A stretch of DNA of 63,145 bases, filler included, from Basidiobolus ranarum (GCA_040143965.1; 57 parts of 57 records of this genome joined end to end with filler, not necessarily neighbours in it), one strand, 5' to 3'. Numbered from the whole stretch's first letter, positions 24,424 to 37,397 are shown. The notes: generated by a model not told the origin, from the sequence alone. A program made the numbers and translations.

Positions 24424-24523
24424 NNNNNNNNNNNNNNNNNNNNNNNNNNNNNNNNNNNNNNNNNNNNTTAATTAATTAANNNNNNNNNNNNNNNNNNNNN
24501 NNNNNNNNNNNNNNNNNNNNNNN

Positions 24524-24761
24524 GCCATTCAAAAATTATATTTTTGCAAAAATTGCCAGATATTGAATAACACATGCCAAATTTGAGGAGCAATATTTTA
24601 ACATGTATGAATATCATCAAAATACCATCAAGAAACCGCCATCACACCATCAAAATCCCTGGCAGAATGCAAGCCACCAATATTGTGATGGTTCTCTAAT
24701 GGTTTTGCTATTTTGGAGTGTGGATCCAATCCAGATCAAATTGATTTAATTTTTGTTAGGG
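24524..24761 (+). mobile_element. CACTA 'CAA' terminus inserted in copia RT
   Basis: Ends TTTTTGTTAGGG; copia [10 protein letters not shown] follows. Confidence 0.85.
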
Positions 24762-25533
24762 ATTTATTACATATCAAATGGATGTTAAAACTGCCTTTTT
24801 GAATGGTGAGCTTGCTGAGGAGATCTATATGGACCAGCCAGACAAATATGTTGACCCAGAAAACCCTAAAAAAGTTTGCAGACTCTGGGAAACACTCTAT
24901 GGCTTAAAACAATCTGTGAGAGCTTGGAATAGCAAGATAGATGCTTTTTTGGAAACACTCAAATTACATAAGAGTGATGCTGACTATAGTATCTACTTCA
25001 GACCAGATAAGACAAACTCAGTTTTATTAGCCTTATATGTAGATGACCTTATTATACCAACCAATGACTTGAAGACTTTGGAGAAAACCAAATCCAGCTC
25101 ATCTGCTAAATTCAAAATGACTACTCTTGGTGAACCGATATACTATCTTGGAATCCAAATTAAGATAGATAGAACTACAAACACAATAATTTATACCAGT
25201 CTAAGTATATCCTAGATATGCTAACAAAGCAAGCTTAAAATGGAAGAATGTAATCCAGTATCTACCCCAATGGAGACAATTCTAAACTTGACCAAAAATG
25301 GCTCAAATCAGATGTTTTTGGATTCAATTGAAAGCCATAAATTCCCTCATCAATCTATGGTTGGTAGTTTGATGTATATCATGGTTGGAACACAGCCAGA
25401 TATTGCATATTCTGTGAGAGTTATGTGCCATTACCTTCAAAATTATGGATCTGATCAAATCACAGCAGTTGAGCAGATTTTCAGATATTTGAAAGGTACT
25501 GTGGATCTATGCTTAAAATACACATATTCTGGA
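24762..25533 (+). mobile_element. Ty1/copia RT fragment
   Basis: [22 protein letters not shown]. Confidence 0.95.
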
Positions 25534-25633
25534 NNNNNNNNNNNNNNNNNNNNNNNNNNNNNNNNNNNNNNNNNNNNTTAATTAATTAANNNNNNNNNNN
25601 NNNNNNNNNNNNNNNNNNNNNNNNNNNNNNNNN

Positions 25634-26643
25634 ATCTCTGGAATTCCAAAAATGCACTGCAGATCACAGTATTTACATCAAAACAACTAGAAATAGGATC
25701 CTCATCTTGTCACTATATGTGGATGACTTAATCATTGCCACAAATGATCTAGATGCACTTAATCAGACAAAAAGTAGCTTATCAAACCAATTTCAGATGA
25801 CTGATATTGGTTAATGAAGTTATTTTCTTCTAATCCAAATCAAGAGAGATAAACCTAATCAGAAAATCATGCTGAATCAGTCTAGATACAGCCTAGACAT
25901 CCTAAAATGCTTCAACATGGAGAATAGCAAGCCTGTATCACCACCGATGGATCCCAATCTGAAATTAATTACATTTTCATTGGATTTGGTCCAAAGTTAC
26001 TCAAATCAAAGTCAGGAATTCCCTGATCAATCCATGGTTGGTACTTTAATATATATAATGGTTGGAACACATCCAGACATTGCGGTGGCAGTGGGAACTG
26101 TCAGCCAATACCTCAAAAATCCAGGATCTGAGCACAAAACTGTGGTAAAACAAATCTTCAGCTATTTGAGAGGAACTGTAGATCTAGATCTGGAATACTC
26201 TGCCATGCATGATGCACAAATTTTTGAAGGCTACAGTTATGCAAACTGGAGAAGAAACCTTGATGATAGAAGATCAACAACTGGATACACTTTTCTCTAT
26301 GGTAATGGAGCCATAACTTGGAATAGTAAGAAGCAACCAACCGTAGCTCTTTCCACTACAGAAGCAGAGTATATGGCTGCCTCTGCTACTACACAAAAAT
26401 ATATGTTGTTAAGAAAGTTATTTACAGACTTAGGATACTTGCAAAACATGCTATTACTGTGTTTGAAGATAATCAAAGTTGTATTTCATTAGCTATACGC
26501 CCTACATTTCATGCTAGAACAAAACACATGGATATTAGGCATCATTTTGTTGGACAAGCAATAGAGAATGACATAATTGAACTTGTCTATTGCCCTACTG
26601 AAGAAACGATAGCTGATACCTTAATCATATCTTTAGCTAGAGC
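25634..26643 (+). mobile_element. Ty1/copia RT-RNase H fragment
   Basis: LYVDDL; RRSTTGY..KKQPTVALSTTEAEY; EDNQS..RTKHMDIRHHF. Confidence 0.95.
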
Positions 26644-26743
26644 NNNNNNNNNNNNNNNNNNNNNNNNNNNNNNNNNNNNNNNNNNNNTTAATTAATTAAN
26701 NNNNNNNNNNNNNNNNNNNNNNNNNNNNNNNNNNNNNNNNNNN

Positions 26744-27753
26744 ATTTGCATTGGCTCTGGATGGTGTCTCACTAAACAAATATACCATTGGAAAGGCTTG
26801 CTGGCCAATAATTTTAATCAACTTGAATCTTCCTCCTTCTGAATGGTATAAAGGTCATAATATTTTGATACTATCCATCATATCTGGACCTAAATCACCA
26901 GTGCTTATGGATAGCTTCTTGGAACCTTTGATTGCGGAATTTAAATGGTTATCTAATGGGGTTCAGATGGGTGAATATTTTATTAAAGCTAATATCATTG
27001 TATGTATTGATGACACTCCTGCCATCAGTTAACTTGGCAATTTTTGTGGGCACAATGCACTATCTTGCTGTAGATTTTGTCAAATCAATGAAGTTTACTC
27101 TAAAAGGCATACACATTCCTACTATCCAAGTATAACATTAAACTTCATGATTTTACCATCAAGAGCCCTGTCAGATTTCAATATGATCACTGATATCAGC
27201 TCACCAAATAGTCAGTCTAACATCAAACTTGGTATCAGCTGTAAGCCTAAGATTATATTGCTAAAGGGGATCAGCTGGAGCCAGAGCTTCTCATTAGGCA
27301 TGATGCACTTACTATTCAACAACATTCCAATGCTACCTACTGAGCTATATAGTGGAGAATTCAATATGAATGAGCCATTCAAGATTGGATCAAAGTTTGA
27401 ATCAATTGGGAAAATACTACAAAACATCTAGATACCATCATATTTTACCAGGACTCCCATCAGTATCCACTCATCTAGGCATTTATTCAAATGCAAACAC
27501 TGGAAGTATTGGATTTGTATATATTGAAGTGGAATTGTGAAAAGATTTCTGCCTGATAATTATTGGCAACATTGGGAGTTGTTGGTGAGATAGATGGAGA
27601 TATGCAGTATTATTGTTTTAGCCATGGGGTAATCTATTCAATCAATGACACATCTACTTGTGGCAGGACATTTGTTGACTGTAAGTTGGGGATATATTGG
27701 CTGAATTCTTTATGGAAATTTGCCAAAATCCAAAAGCTTATTCTCATTGTGAA
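26744..27753 (+). mobile_element. CACTA transposase fragment with internal deletion (~27580)
   Basis: LALDGVS..CWPI..NLPP..; jumps from WQHWEL to GEIDGD. Confidence 0.9.
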
Positions 27754-27853
27754 NNNNNNNNNNNNNNNNNNNNNNNNNNNNNNNNNNNNNNNNNNNNTTA
27801 ATTAATTAANNNNNNNNNNNNNNNNNNNNNNNNNNNNNNNNNNNNNNNNNNNN

Positions 27854-28417
27854 GAAGGTAGAAATACAGTGCAAATATGCAGAAAGAGGCTTCAGAAGAA
27901 GATCATTGAACCTGACATTCAGTCTGGTGTTCACCATGCTGATATCTGGGAGGAATGTAATACAGAGTGGCACAATATCACAGGGAATCCACCAGATGGC
28001 TGGAAGAATGTTGATTCAGCAATGTTAATACAATGGTGGGCTTTGATGGAGATATTGATACAAACTTGTGTTGGGTATGGGCGATACCTTGGGTATGAAG
28101 AACTCTATAAAAATATTCAGGAGAATATATCAAAGAGACTGGGGATCTCAAAGGTTACAAATTAGCATTCAAGTGGTAATTTTGTAAAATTTGAGTTACA
28201 TTTTTTGCACATGTGTTGGTTCATAGTTCTCTGAGATTGTAGCCAATTCTGCACAACTATTTTGTGAGATCTTGAAATTTCACTCCTGAAACTGAAAAAA
28301 TTGATTAAAATCAAATCTAACTTGACAATTTTTTGATGGTAAGTAAATGGTCAATCCCACATGGATTAAAATTGTGATGGTTTTCCTACGATAAGAATCC
28401 TCAAAATTCTGTTAGGG
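27854..28417 (+). mobile_element. CACTA ORF2 C-terminus and 'CAG' terminus
   Basis: ORF stop at 28165; ends AAATTCTGTTAGGG. Confidence 0.85.
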
Positions 28418-28863
28418 TATTACTACTGCATATCTTGATTTATCTCACCAAGAAGTCTGTCTTACAGCTTTCCTAGATATACCATCAGCTTATCACACAA
28501 ACAAAGTAGTCCAAGTTATTTAGATAGTTATTCTGTGTCCATAGAGTGGGTTATGTTGCCATTATTGTGCTCCAACAATGCAAAAACCTGTGAGCACATT
28601 GAAAAGAGCCCCCTTAACCCATCACATTACATCCATCACTGATTTTGCTGATACATTATTAAACAGATTAGCATGCAGTGACATTGGCAATTTCATACCA
28701 AGCATCATGTGACCATATGTGTGCTCTATTGGGAACCTCACCCTAACAGAAATTTGAGGATTGTTATTGTAGGAACACCGTCCCAATTTTAATCTATTTG
28801 GGGCTGACCGGTTACTTACCCTCATAAAAACGTCAAGTTAGATTTGATTTTAATCAATTTTTT
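28418..28863. mobile_element. CACTA transposase piece (minus, 28418-28740) followed by a second 'CAG' terminus (28741-28863)
   Basis: FPIEHTYG..NNVSAKSVMDVM on the minus strand; CCCTAACAGAAATTTGAGG at 28741. Confidence 0.85.
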
Positions 28864-28963
28864 NNNNNNNNNNNNNNNNNNNNNNNNNNNNNNNNNNNNN
28901 NNNNNNNTTAATTAATTAANNNNNNNNNNNNNNNNNNNNNNNNNNNNNNNNNNNNNNNNNNNN

Positions 28964-29973
28964 TGGTAGTGAGTAGCTTCTTTGATGGTTCTTCTACACT
29001 CAGTTTGAGTTCTATGGTCAATTGCTGGTGCTCCACAAAAGTTGGAAAGTAGTCTTGGGTTGCTTCCATAAATGGTGTACCAAACAGACCCGTCAGGGTA
29101 ATTCATGACCATTGCTCTTGCTTTTGTCTCCCAAGGTCTTCCAAGTAGTAGGTTGAAGTTTGCTTTTTGGCAGATGAAGACTGGTACAGTGTGCTCTACT
29201 CCTTGTATGTTGATGGGAAACACATGAATGACTCCTAAGAGTGAAGAGACTCCAGTGTTGGCATCACACATATTCCAGTGTATGTCAGTATTGATTGAGA
29301 GCAAGTGTTTGCATGGTAGTGACTTGTAGAAGTCCATTGGTATCATACAAATCTCTGACCCACTATCAATATGGCATGGTATAAGGTCTCCATGAGTTTT
29401 CTCACTAACTATGGCTGTGGCCACCGATTAGTATATAGATGTAGATGATTCCTTGTTCATTTTGGGAAGTGGTTCATCATGGGTTGTCTGCATAATTCTT
29501 GCAGAAGGTTGATCAATAGTTTGTCTCCTAGTACATATGTTGTCATCAGATTAGATTCTTTCTGATTGTAGGTGAAACACTAACAAGCTCCCCAATTGTG
29601 ACAGAGAGGCAAGAATCTAAGATTCTCTTGGTAAGTGTCTCAGGATCTGCCTTCTTGCTAATCTTGGATTGCATCCAATGGTTAGATGTGTGTATCAGTA
29701 GGTCTTAGTTCCTTAGGTGGAGAAGCTCTCTTGGTTGTGTAAGCTTCAGCTAAGCAAGAAAAATCATTTTATTGTCAGATTCCATTGTTTGGTTTTGGTT
29801 TTGGTCAACAGCAAAGTGCTGGGTGTTCTGGTCAGGGTCTTCAACAGTTATCCTTCTGGTGGTGTTGACTGGTGGCAGTAAGTTGCTTTCATACCTTATC
29901 TTCCAAAGTTTGGCCTGACATTTCTGCCATTATGATCAAGTATAAACCCTCTTGAGTCCAATTGGAGCTCTCC
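28964..29973 (-). mobile_element. Second Ty3/gypsy family: aspartic protease region
   Basis: IDSGSEICMI..LLLGRPW retropepsin motifs; upstream part degenerate. Confidence 0.8.
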
Positions 29974-30639
29974 NNNNNNNNNNNNNNNNNNNNNNNNNNN
30001 NNNNNNNNNNNNNNNNNTTAATTAATTAANNNNNNNNNNNNNNNNNNNNNNNNNNNNNNNNNNNNNNNNNNNNAAATTGATATGGATCACAGTTGAATAT
30101 AGCCAAAAATGCTTTAGTTGGATCTCAATAAATCAAGTGATACTGATCATTACTATCATACTGCAGATCACTCCATCATTGAGTACTGTAATTTGTCACT
30201 TGTGTACAAAAACTACTGGTATTTCATAATGGCTGAGTCATTGGGCCCAATCATAAATCAGGATATTGTGATAGTGAGGGACAAATGATTGGCCTAAAAA
30301 CATGTGAGTGTCTTGGTTATACATTTCATTGGGTAAGTTACAGCATAAATTGCTTATTGTTAGATATTCAGTAAATGGTAAGTTACTAACCGAGGGATGA
30401 ACTTGCTTTGTCAGTTACCCAAAATCTTAATTTGGCAATACTATATTGGGTAACTTGGTATGGGCTGGTATAACATCTCCAAAAAAAGCGTTGTGTCCAA
30501 TTGTGATGGGATGGTGTCATATTGTTTCTTAAAGTGTCTGATTGAGTGTTATAGGATCTAGCCATGGTAATTGAAAGATCATGCCGGATGGCGTGAGGCA
30601 TAATCTGACCTGGTCCAATGGAACAAGTCTATACTTCAA

Positions 30640-31082
30640 GATCTTCAATGCGATCAAAAACATAATGTCTCTCTATGTTCATGACATCATGATAGTTGGT
30701 TGTTGTAAACATCTGATGAGACAAACCAAGATCATGCTATCTATTGAGTGCTGTATTCAAAATTTTAATATTGAACACTCTGTATTTCACAAGAAATTAT
30801 ATTGGGAATGCTTTAAATAATGGTAATATGTCATACTGAAAAACAGCTTCATGTTGCCTACATATGCTGAAACTCACTAATGATATGGAACCAAGAATTT
30901 CCGAAGATGTTGGCATTAATGAAACATATTCCATAATATAGTGCAGTCAAAAGTCTCATATATGCAACAAAAGGTACCAAGCCTGCTAGTACTATAGTTG
31001 TAAGCATAGTGAGTAAATATATTGAAAATCCTTTGATGGTGCATCAGACAGTGGTGAAACAGATAGCACATTTGCTGAAAGG
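30640..31082 (+). mobile_element. Degenerate copia RT (family of 10055-10969)
   Basis: Shared ATGCTGAAACTCACTAA..GAAAATCC; LYVHDI remnant. Confidence 0.75.
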
Positions 31083-31488
31083 NNNNNNNNNNNNNNNNNN
31101 NNNNNNNNNNNNNNNNNNNNNNNNNNTTAATTAATTAANNNNNNNNNNNNNNNNNNNNNNNNNNNNNNNNNNNNNNNNNNNNTTCACAATGGCTTGTTTA
31201 AGTCTCAGAAAATTTAAATTTGAGTTACACCTGCAGATCAAATATATTATTAATAGCTATAGAACAAATACAGTGGAAATATGTTGTCTAGTAAGCCTCA
31301 TAAAACACTTGATTTTGATTTACTTTATCTTTTCCAAGAGATTAAGGAAAACATCAATCTATTTGAGGCTCAGATGCATAAAGTATGTTTGTGCATTAGT
31401 GAAGAGTTTGAGAAGTCAAATTTGTATATTCAAGATTAACCAAACTTCTCCAAGAAGAGCTTACAATTATTGAAAAATTCTGGGCACT

Positions 31489-31816
31489 TGTTGGAAGTGG
31501 TTTGGAGAAAAAGAGAAATTCGTGATTTTTACTGATGGATTTATTGAGTAGAAAGTTGACATTTATACCTCATTGTGATAAAAACTACTAAACATGTAGA
31601 ATCTGTTAGAAAAAGTCCCAGAAACATGTTTGCAAGGTTTGGGGGATTCTAGCACAAGTCTGAAGAATATATATATCTGAGAGCTTCTTAGTTGGTAAAA
31701 ATATTCCAAGTAAATTCTGGTTTGGAATAGTGGGTAATATGTTGGTGAAGTGTAAAATAGCTTGATACTAAGCTCTATATGACTACAGAGGTGCTTAGGC
31801 TATGCTAATTTCAAAA
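31489..31816 (-). mobile_element. Copia LTR family A, full-length diverged copy
   Basis: Colinear with 39361-39688. Confidence 0.85.
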
Positions 31817-32035
31817 GAGATGAGCTTGATTGGCCTCAACTCCAGCAACAGGCTCTAGTTCTAGAGCTATTAGCCCTTTTACCCTATTATACAATGAAGC
31901 TGATACCATAAGTTGATCTCTCTGTTTGGCATACCAAAATCAGCCTGAAATTTACTTCAGTATTAGAAAATTGTTGCTTGTACACTCAATATTAGAATTT
32001 ACCAACAATTCTATTGAAATCAACATAGTCTGAAT

Positions 32036-32191
32036 TGTTGAAACTAGCATAGCCTAAGCACCTATATAGTTATATATAGCTTAGTATTTAGTTATCCTAT
32101 ATCTGACTAAGATATTACCCATTATTCTTGTTGGATAATTAATCTTTATTCAACATCATAGTTAACTTTAGTTATGATACATATATCAGAA
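32036..32191 (+). mobile_element. LTR A start interrupted at 32129 by LTR family B
   Basis: TGTTGAAACTAGCATAGCC.. then TGTTGGATAATTAATC. Confidence 0.85.
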
Positions 32192-33400
32192 NNNNNNNNN
32201 NNNNNNNNNNNNNNNNNNNNNNNNNNNNNNNNNNNTTAATTAATTAANNNNNNNNNNNNNNNNNNNNNNNNNNNNNNNNNNNNNNNNNNNNCAGCTTGCT
32301 CCGACACATTCTGCCGTGGCACAGAGGTCAGGGTGGCCAGTCAAAAGAGATGAAGCTGCGTCCATGAGGGAAGAAGCAATAACTGTTGAGCTCAAACCTC
32401 AAGTGAGACATTCCGGGTCAACATGTAGAGCTGCACACCAGCAGCAATGGCTGATTGACCCATTAAATGAAGGCTCTGCTTCTGAAGAAGAGACTGTAGA
32501 TACAAACAAACCACAAACTAGACTGGATAAGCCAACACATACCACAGCACATTGACCTCAAGCCACAACTCATGCTAGCCAAGGTAGAGGAACTTCAGCA
32601 GGATCAAACCAACCAACTCAGTGCAGAGGTTCAAGCAAAGTTCCTTCCGTGGAAATATCAAGGAGACAACAAATGTAACAGAAGCAAATCAGCAAGTACT
32701 GCTTCAAATCTAGGCAACTGCTGAATACTCCTGTTATAACTTACATTATCCAATCTTTACTATTTAGTGCATCATGCAAAATCAATATGGATTGCAGTTA
32801 AATATAGCATAAATTGCTTTAGTTAGATCACAATTGCTTATGTGTTAATGAAACACTGATAGCATGAAATTGTCACATATCAAAAAAATCAACAATAGCC
32901 TATTAATACAAGCAATTTCACTACAATCTAATGAAAAATGTCTGCCAATAAAAAGCTTGCGCAGCCTTATTGGCTTGATATGGCTCAATCCATTCACATT
33001 TTCACCCAATTAGAAGCTTACATGAATGAATGAATAATTTGCTGATCTAAAAATGATGAATCAAGCGATCCTGATCACTACTATCATACTGCAAATCAAC
33101 CCATCATTGAGTGCTATGATTTGTCACCAGTGTGCCAAAACTACAGGTGTTTTGTAATGCAGGAGCAGTCGTGCCCAATTGAAAATCAGGATTCTGTGTT
33201 AGCAAGGGACAAATAATTGGCCCAAAAACATGTGAATGTTTTGGTTAACCATTTGAATGGGTAAGTTACAATATAAATTGTTGCTTGTTACACATTCAGT
33301 NNNNNNNNNNNNNNNNNNNNNNNNNNNNNNNNNNNNNNNNNNNNTTAATTAATTAANNNNNNNNNNNNNNNNNNNNNNNNNNNNNNNNNNNNNNNNNNNN

Positions 33401-33496
33401 GTTGCTCGTGACTCTTCCGCTGGTCAAAAGGTCGGTCTTATCGCTGCCCGTCGTACCGGTCTACTCCGTGGTACCAAGAAGATCGCTGATAAATAA
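33401..33496 (+). CDS. RPL2: 60S ribosomal protein uL2 (yeast L2 / human L8), C-terminal fragment
   Basis: [31 protein letters not shown] contains the diagnostic [13 protein letters not shown]. Confidence 0.95.
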   Translation, partial: VARDSSAGQKVGLIAARRTGLLRGTKKIADK

Positions 33497-34342
33497 GCTA
33501 CTACTGTTAGATCCGTATTTCCAAATATCTAATTTCAATAAAGGTCCTTCGGATAAGCCTTTTCACCAAGTGATAGGTTTAGTACATTTCGTAGTAATCA
33601 ACTCAAGTGATATTTTTACAGCTAATTGGAGAAGGAATCTCAGGGCAATCTTACTAGGGCTTGTTAAGGTGATAGTTGGTTTTGATGAGTTAGAGTTGCT
33701 TAGATTAGTTTGATTTTGGGTATCATTAGAGTAAACATTTGGAAACTAAAGTCGAGATTTCGGCGAGTATTATACAGTGAATTAGACTAGATTCCTTGAC
33801 TAGCAAACTGCAAAGAACGCTTTATTGTTAGTGATTGTAGCATTTAAAAAAGTGGTTTGAAATCCAGTCAGAAAAGTCTAATATCCCCGGGTGTGTAGGT
33901 GATTTAAAATTGGAGGTAGGCTGCTCGACTGGATATTATCGTTCATGTGATTTTTCGAGAATATCTAGATTTACTGTATTGATATCCCATAGAATCAGTA
34001 AACTACTGTTGGTTACAAGTTTGCAACGGTTGGGATAAAGAAATTCAGTATTGTTCAATGCCCTATAGTCTCATTGAAACATATAGAATCGATAATAATA
34101 GGCTGTTTGTGTAGATGTTTCATCATGGTTAAAAAGAGTATACACTGTACCAGGTGGGATAAATGATTTTCTCTTATTCTTGTACCAAAGGGTTTACATA
34201 ATTTCAGTGAGTATAGATATTTAATTTTGGGTTGTTAACAGGAAACAGACTCTAAATCGAACTGAATAGGTTGGTGTGATGCAAAATATGTGAAGAGGCT
34301 GATACGTCTATTCAGGCGCGAATGTATAGTCTAAAGTGGAAC

Positions 34343-34408
34343 TCATTGACTGCTGTATGTTCCAGCAGCGGCTTGACGGTCTTCTTCATCAAGCATGCGT
34401 TGAGCATC
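34343..34408 (-). CDS. Possible C-terminal fragment of a convergent unknown gene
   Basis: DAQRMLDEEDRQAAAGTYSSQ*; GC-richer, codon-like sequence at the contig edge. Confidence 0.35.
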   Translation of the reverse strand, partial: DAQRMLDEEDRQAAAGTYSSQ

Positions 34409-34508
34409 NNNNNNNNNNNNNNNNNNNNNNNNNNNNNNNNNNNNNNNNNNNNTTAATTAATTAANNNNNNNNNNNNNNNNNNNNNNNNNNNNNNNNNNNN
34501 NNNNNNNN

Positions 34509-35178
34509 CATTGCAGAAAATCTAGAGAAAGGATTCATCCAACATTCAAAGTCCCCAGCAGGCTCTCCAATCTTATTTGTTAGGAAAAATGATGGATCCC
34601 TCTGTCTCTGTGTTGACTATCAAGGCCTAAACTGAATTACAGTCAAAAATTGGTACCCCTTGCCAATAATCAATTCACTCTTGGATCAGCTTACTTCAGC
34701 CAGGGTGTTTACAAAGATTGATCTAAGAGATGCTTACAATCTTGTAAGAATCAAGCCAGGAGACCAATGGAAAACTGCCTTTCAAACTTGTTATGAGCAC
34801 TTTGAATACAATGTCATGCCATTTGGACTTACCAATGCCCCTACAGTCTTTCAACACATGATGAATGATATCTTCAGAGAATATGTTGACCAATTTATGG
34901 TATTCTGCATTGACAATATCTTGGTCTTCTCAAGCTCTCAAGAAGAACTTAATATTCTTGTTTCCCAAGTCCTAGAAAAGTTGAATACCTCTAGGCTCTA
35001 TGCCAACCTTAGAAATGTGAATTTGACCAAGCTCAAGTTAAATTCCTTGGATATAACATCAGCCATCAAGCATCTTCATGGACCCTAAGAAAGTTGAATC
35101 TGTTCTGTCTTGGGATATTCCCAAGAATGTGAAGGATGTCCAATGATTCCTTGGATTTGCAAACTTTTACCAACGGTT
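34509..35178 (+). mobile_element. Ty3/gypsy RT fragment
   Basis: [24 protein letters not shown]. Confidence 0.93.
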
Positions 35179-36114
35179 GATTTTTGTGTTGGCCATTTTG
35201 AAATGATTGTAGCTCCACCAATTATTGATCAAATCATATGATTCATGCATAGTTGCAAAGCTCTAGTTCAGGAGTTTTTGGTTGCAGTTAGAATTTTGTA
35301 GGAAGCTAGGTATTGATGTGACTATGAGCAATCAAGTATTCTTGCTCTTTTTCTTGATCTGTAAAAATATTACAAGATAGCAATAGATAATATTGTTCCT
35401 ACTTATTATTATTGGGAAAATATGGGCTGTTTGGAGGAACTTTAGAAAAGTGGAGTTGTGAATAGCTTTGTGAGATAATTATTTATTGACCAGAAATTAA
35501 GCATTTATACATTTTGNNNNNNNNNNNNNNNNNNNNNNNNNNNNNNNNNNNNNNNNNNNNTTAATTAATTAANNNNNNNNNNNNNNNNNNNNNNNNNNNN
35601 NNNNNNNNNNNNNNNNCGAAAGAATTGTTGAGCTGAGCTTATCCCCAAAGACCGAGTGTTTTCTCTGAATCAGTACTGATTGGCTAAAAGATGAAACATG
35701 AGTATATAACCACACGCTATTCTACACTCTACCCTATCTCCAGCCTATTTTTGCTTCGGACTAGAACATATCATCCTCTAGCCAAAGTCTTTGTTATTGT
35801 TTTCTTGTTGTGTTGTACTTTCATTTTCTCTGCTTGTGTCTGCAAGCTTTTGCTAGTATTAAGCCTTACATGTCCAAATTCTACTGGTGCTCTAGTTCTT
35901 AATTCAGCCAGATCCTTAGGCTCCTTCAAGTCCCAGATATATAGTGATCAAGCATCTCTAGGGATCATTAGCTGGGTACCATATACCTGAAGAAAGGGGG
36001 ACTTTTATGTTGCTGAGTGAACTCTGATGCAACAGGCAAAGAGGGCTTGATGCATGATTGCTTTTCACTCGTGTTCAACGCCTTTAACATATGTGGTCAA
36101 CATTCTCCTAAATT

Positions 36115-36624
36115 GTCCAGTGAAATTATGCAAGCTTGGATTCATTGCCTTGGCATTTGATGCTGCATACCAAGGTGAAAGTGAAGGCCTTCCCAGATAT
36201 CTTGAAGACTTCAAAAGTGCCGTATCCTACCTCACCACCTTGGATGAAGTAGATTTGGAGAGAATTGGTGTGCTAGGTATCTGTGCTTCCGGAGGTTACG
36301 TAATTTGTGCGGCTCAAACTCATGTACGTATCAAGGCTGTGGCCGTGATTGGTGAGCTGTGGAGGGAAGGTATGAATGGCAGTCTTTCATTTGAAGACCT
36401 ACAAAAAGGCATGCAAGAGTCGGCCAGACATAGAACAAGGGAAGCGAATGGTGAGGAGCCTTACCTGAGCAATTGGGCCACAAAGACTGCCTCATACGCT
36501 GCAGCTCATACGATTACTACCGTACACCTCGTGCTCGGCACCCTCGTAGCACAAACGAATATGTATTCAGAAACATAGAGAAGATAGTACAATTCTCAGC
36601 TGTCAACTTCGTCTATTTGATTGC
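36115..36624 (+). pseudogene. Alpha/beta hydrolase (YcjY-like, Cys nucleophile GICASGG) pseudogene
   Basis: AFDAAYQGESEG.PR..RIGVLGICASGGY..IKAVA; then YDYYRTPR..HPRSTN in another frame; N-terminus missing, internal deletions. Confidence 0.8.
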
Positions 36625-36724
36625 NNNNNNNNNNNNNNNNNNNNNNNNNNNNNNNNNNNNNNNNNNNNTTAATTAATTAANNNNNNNNNNNNNNNNNNNN
36701 NNNNNNNNNNNNNNNNNNNNNNNN

Positions 36725-37383
36725 CATATATGGAACAACTGGTACTAGGCCTGATATTGCTAAAGCAGTAAGCATAGTGAGCAAATATATGGAAAATCCT
36801 GCAATGGAACATTGGATACCTGTGAAACAGATAATATGCCATCTGAAAGGAACAATACATCATGGAATTCAATTTAGTAAGCAGTACAACATGTCACTTA
36901 TTTTGGAAGGATATGCTAATGCAGAATGGGCTGATGATACAGAAGACCATAAATCCAGAACTGGATAAGTATTTAAGCTAGCAGGTGGGCCAATAAGCTG
37001 GATTAGCAAGAAAAACAAACTGTCACATCATCAACTACAGAAGCAGAATATATGGCAAGCTCTATGGCTGTTCAAGAAGCTATATGGCTAAGGAGTCTTC
37101 TCAAGGAACTAGGATACAAGCAAGTTAATCCTACCCCAATATATCAAGATAATATTAGTTGTTTTCAGATCACCAAGAATCCTGAGCTTCACTCATGGAT
37201 GAAACATATTGACATAAGACATCATTTTATATGAGAGAGAGTTCAAGACAAAGAGGTAAACTTTATTTATTGTAATACTGAAAACATGCTAGCAGATATA
37301 CTAACTAACCACCCAAAACTTCAAGCTTTGAGAAATTAAGAGCAGGAATAGGCATTAGTGCATATAAGCACAATGCTGAATAA
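36725..37383 (+). mobile_element. Ty1/copia RNase H fragment
   Basis: STTEAEYMA..YQDN..KHIDIRHHF. Confidence 0.93.
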
Positions 37384-37397
37384 GAATTAAGGGAACA

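Noticed and set aside
33402-33713. 103-aa ORF in the track
   Set aside because: Wrong frame; the real signal is the uL2 tail at 33401-33496.
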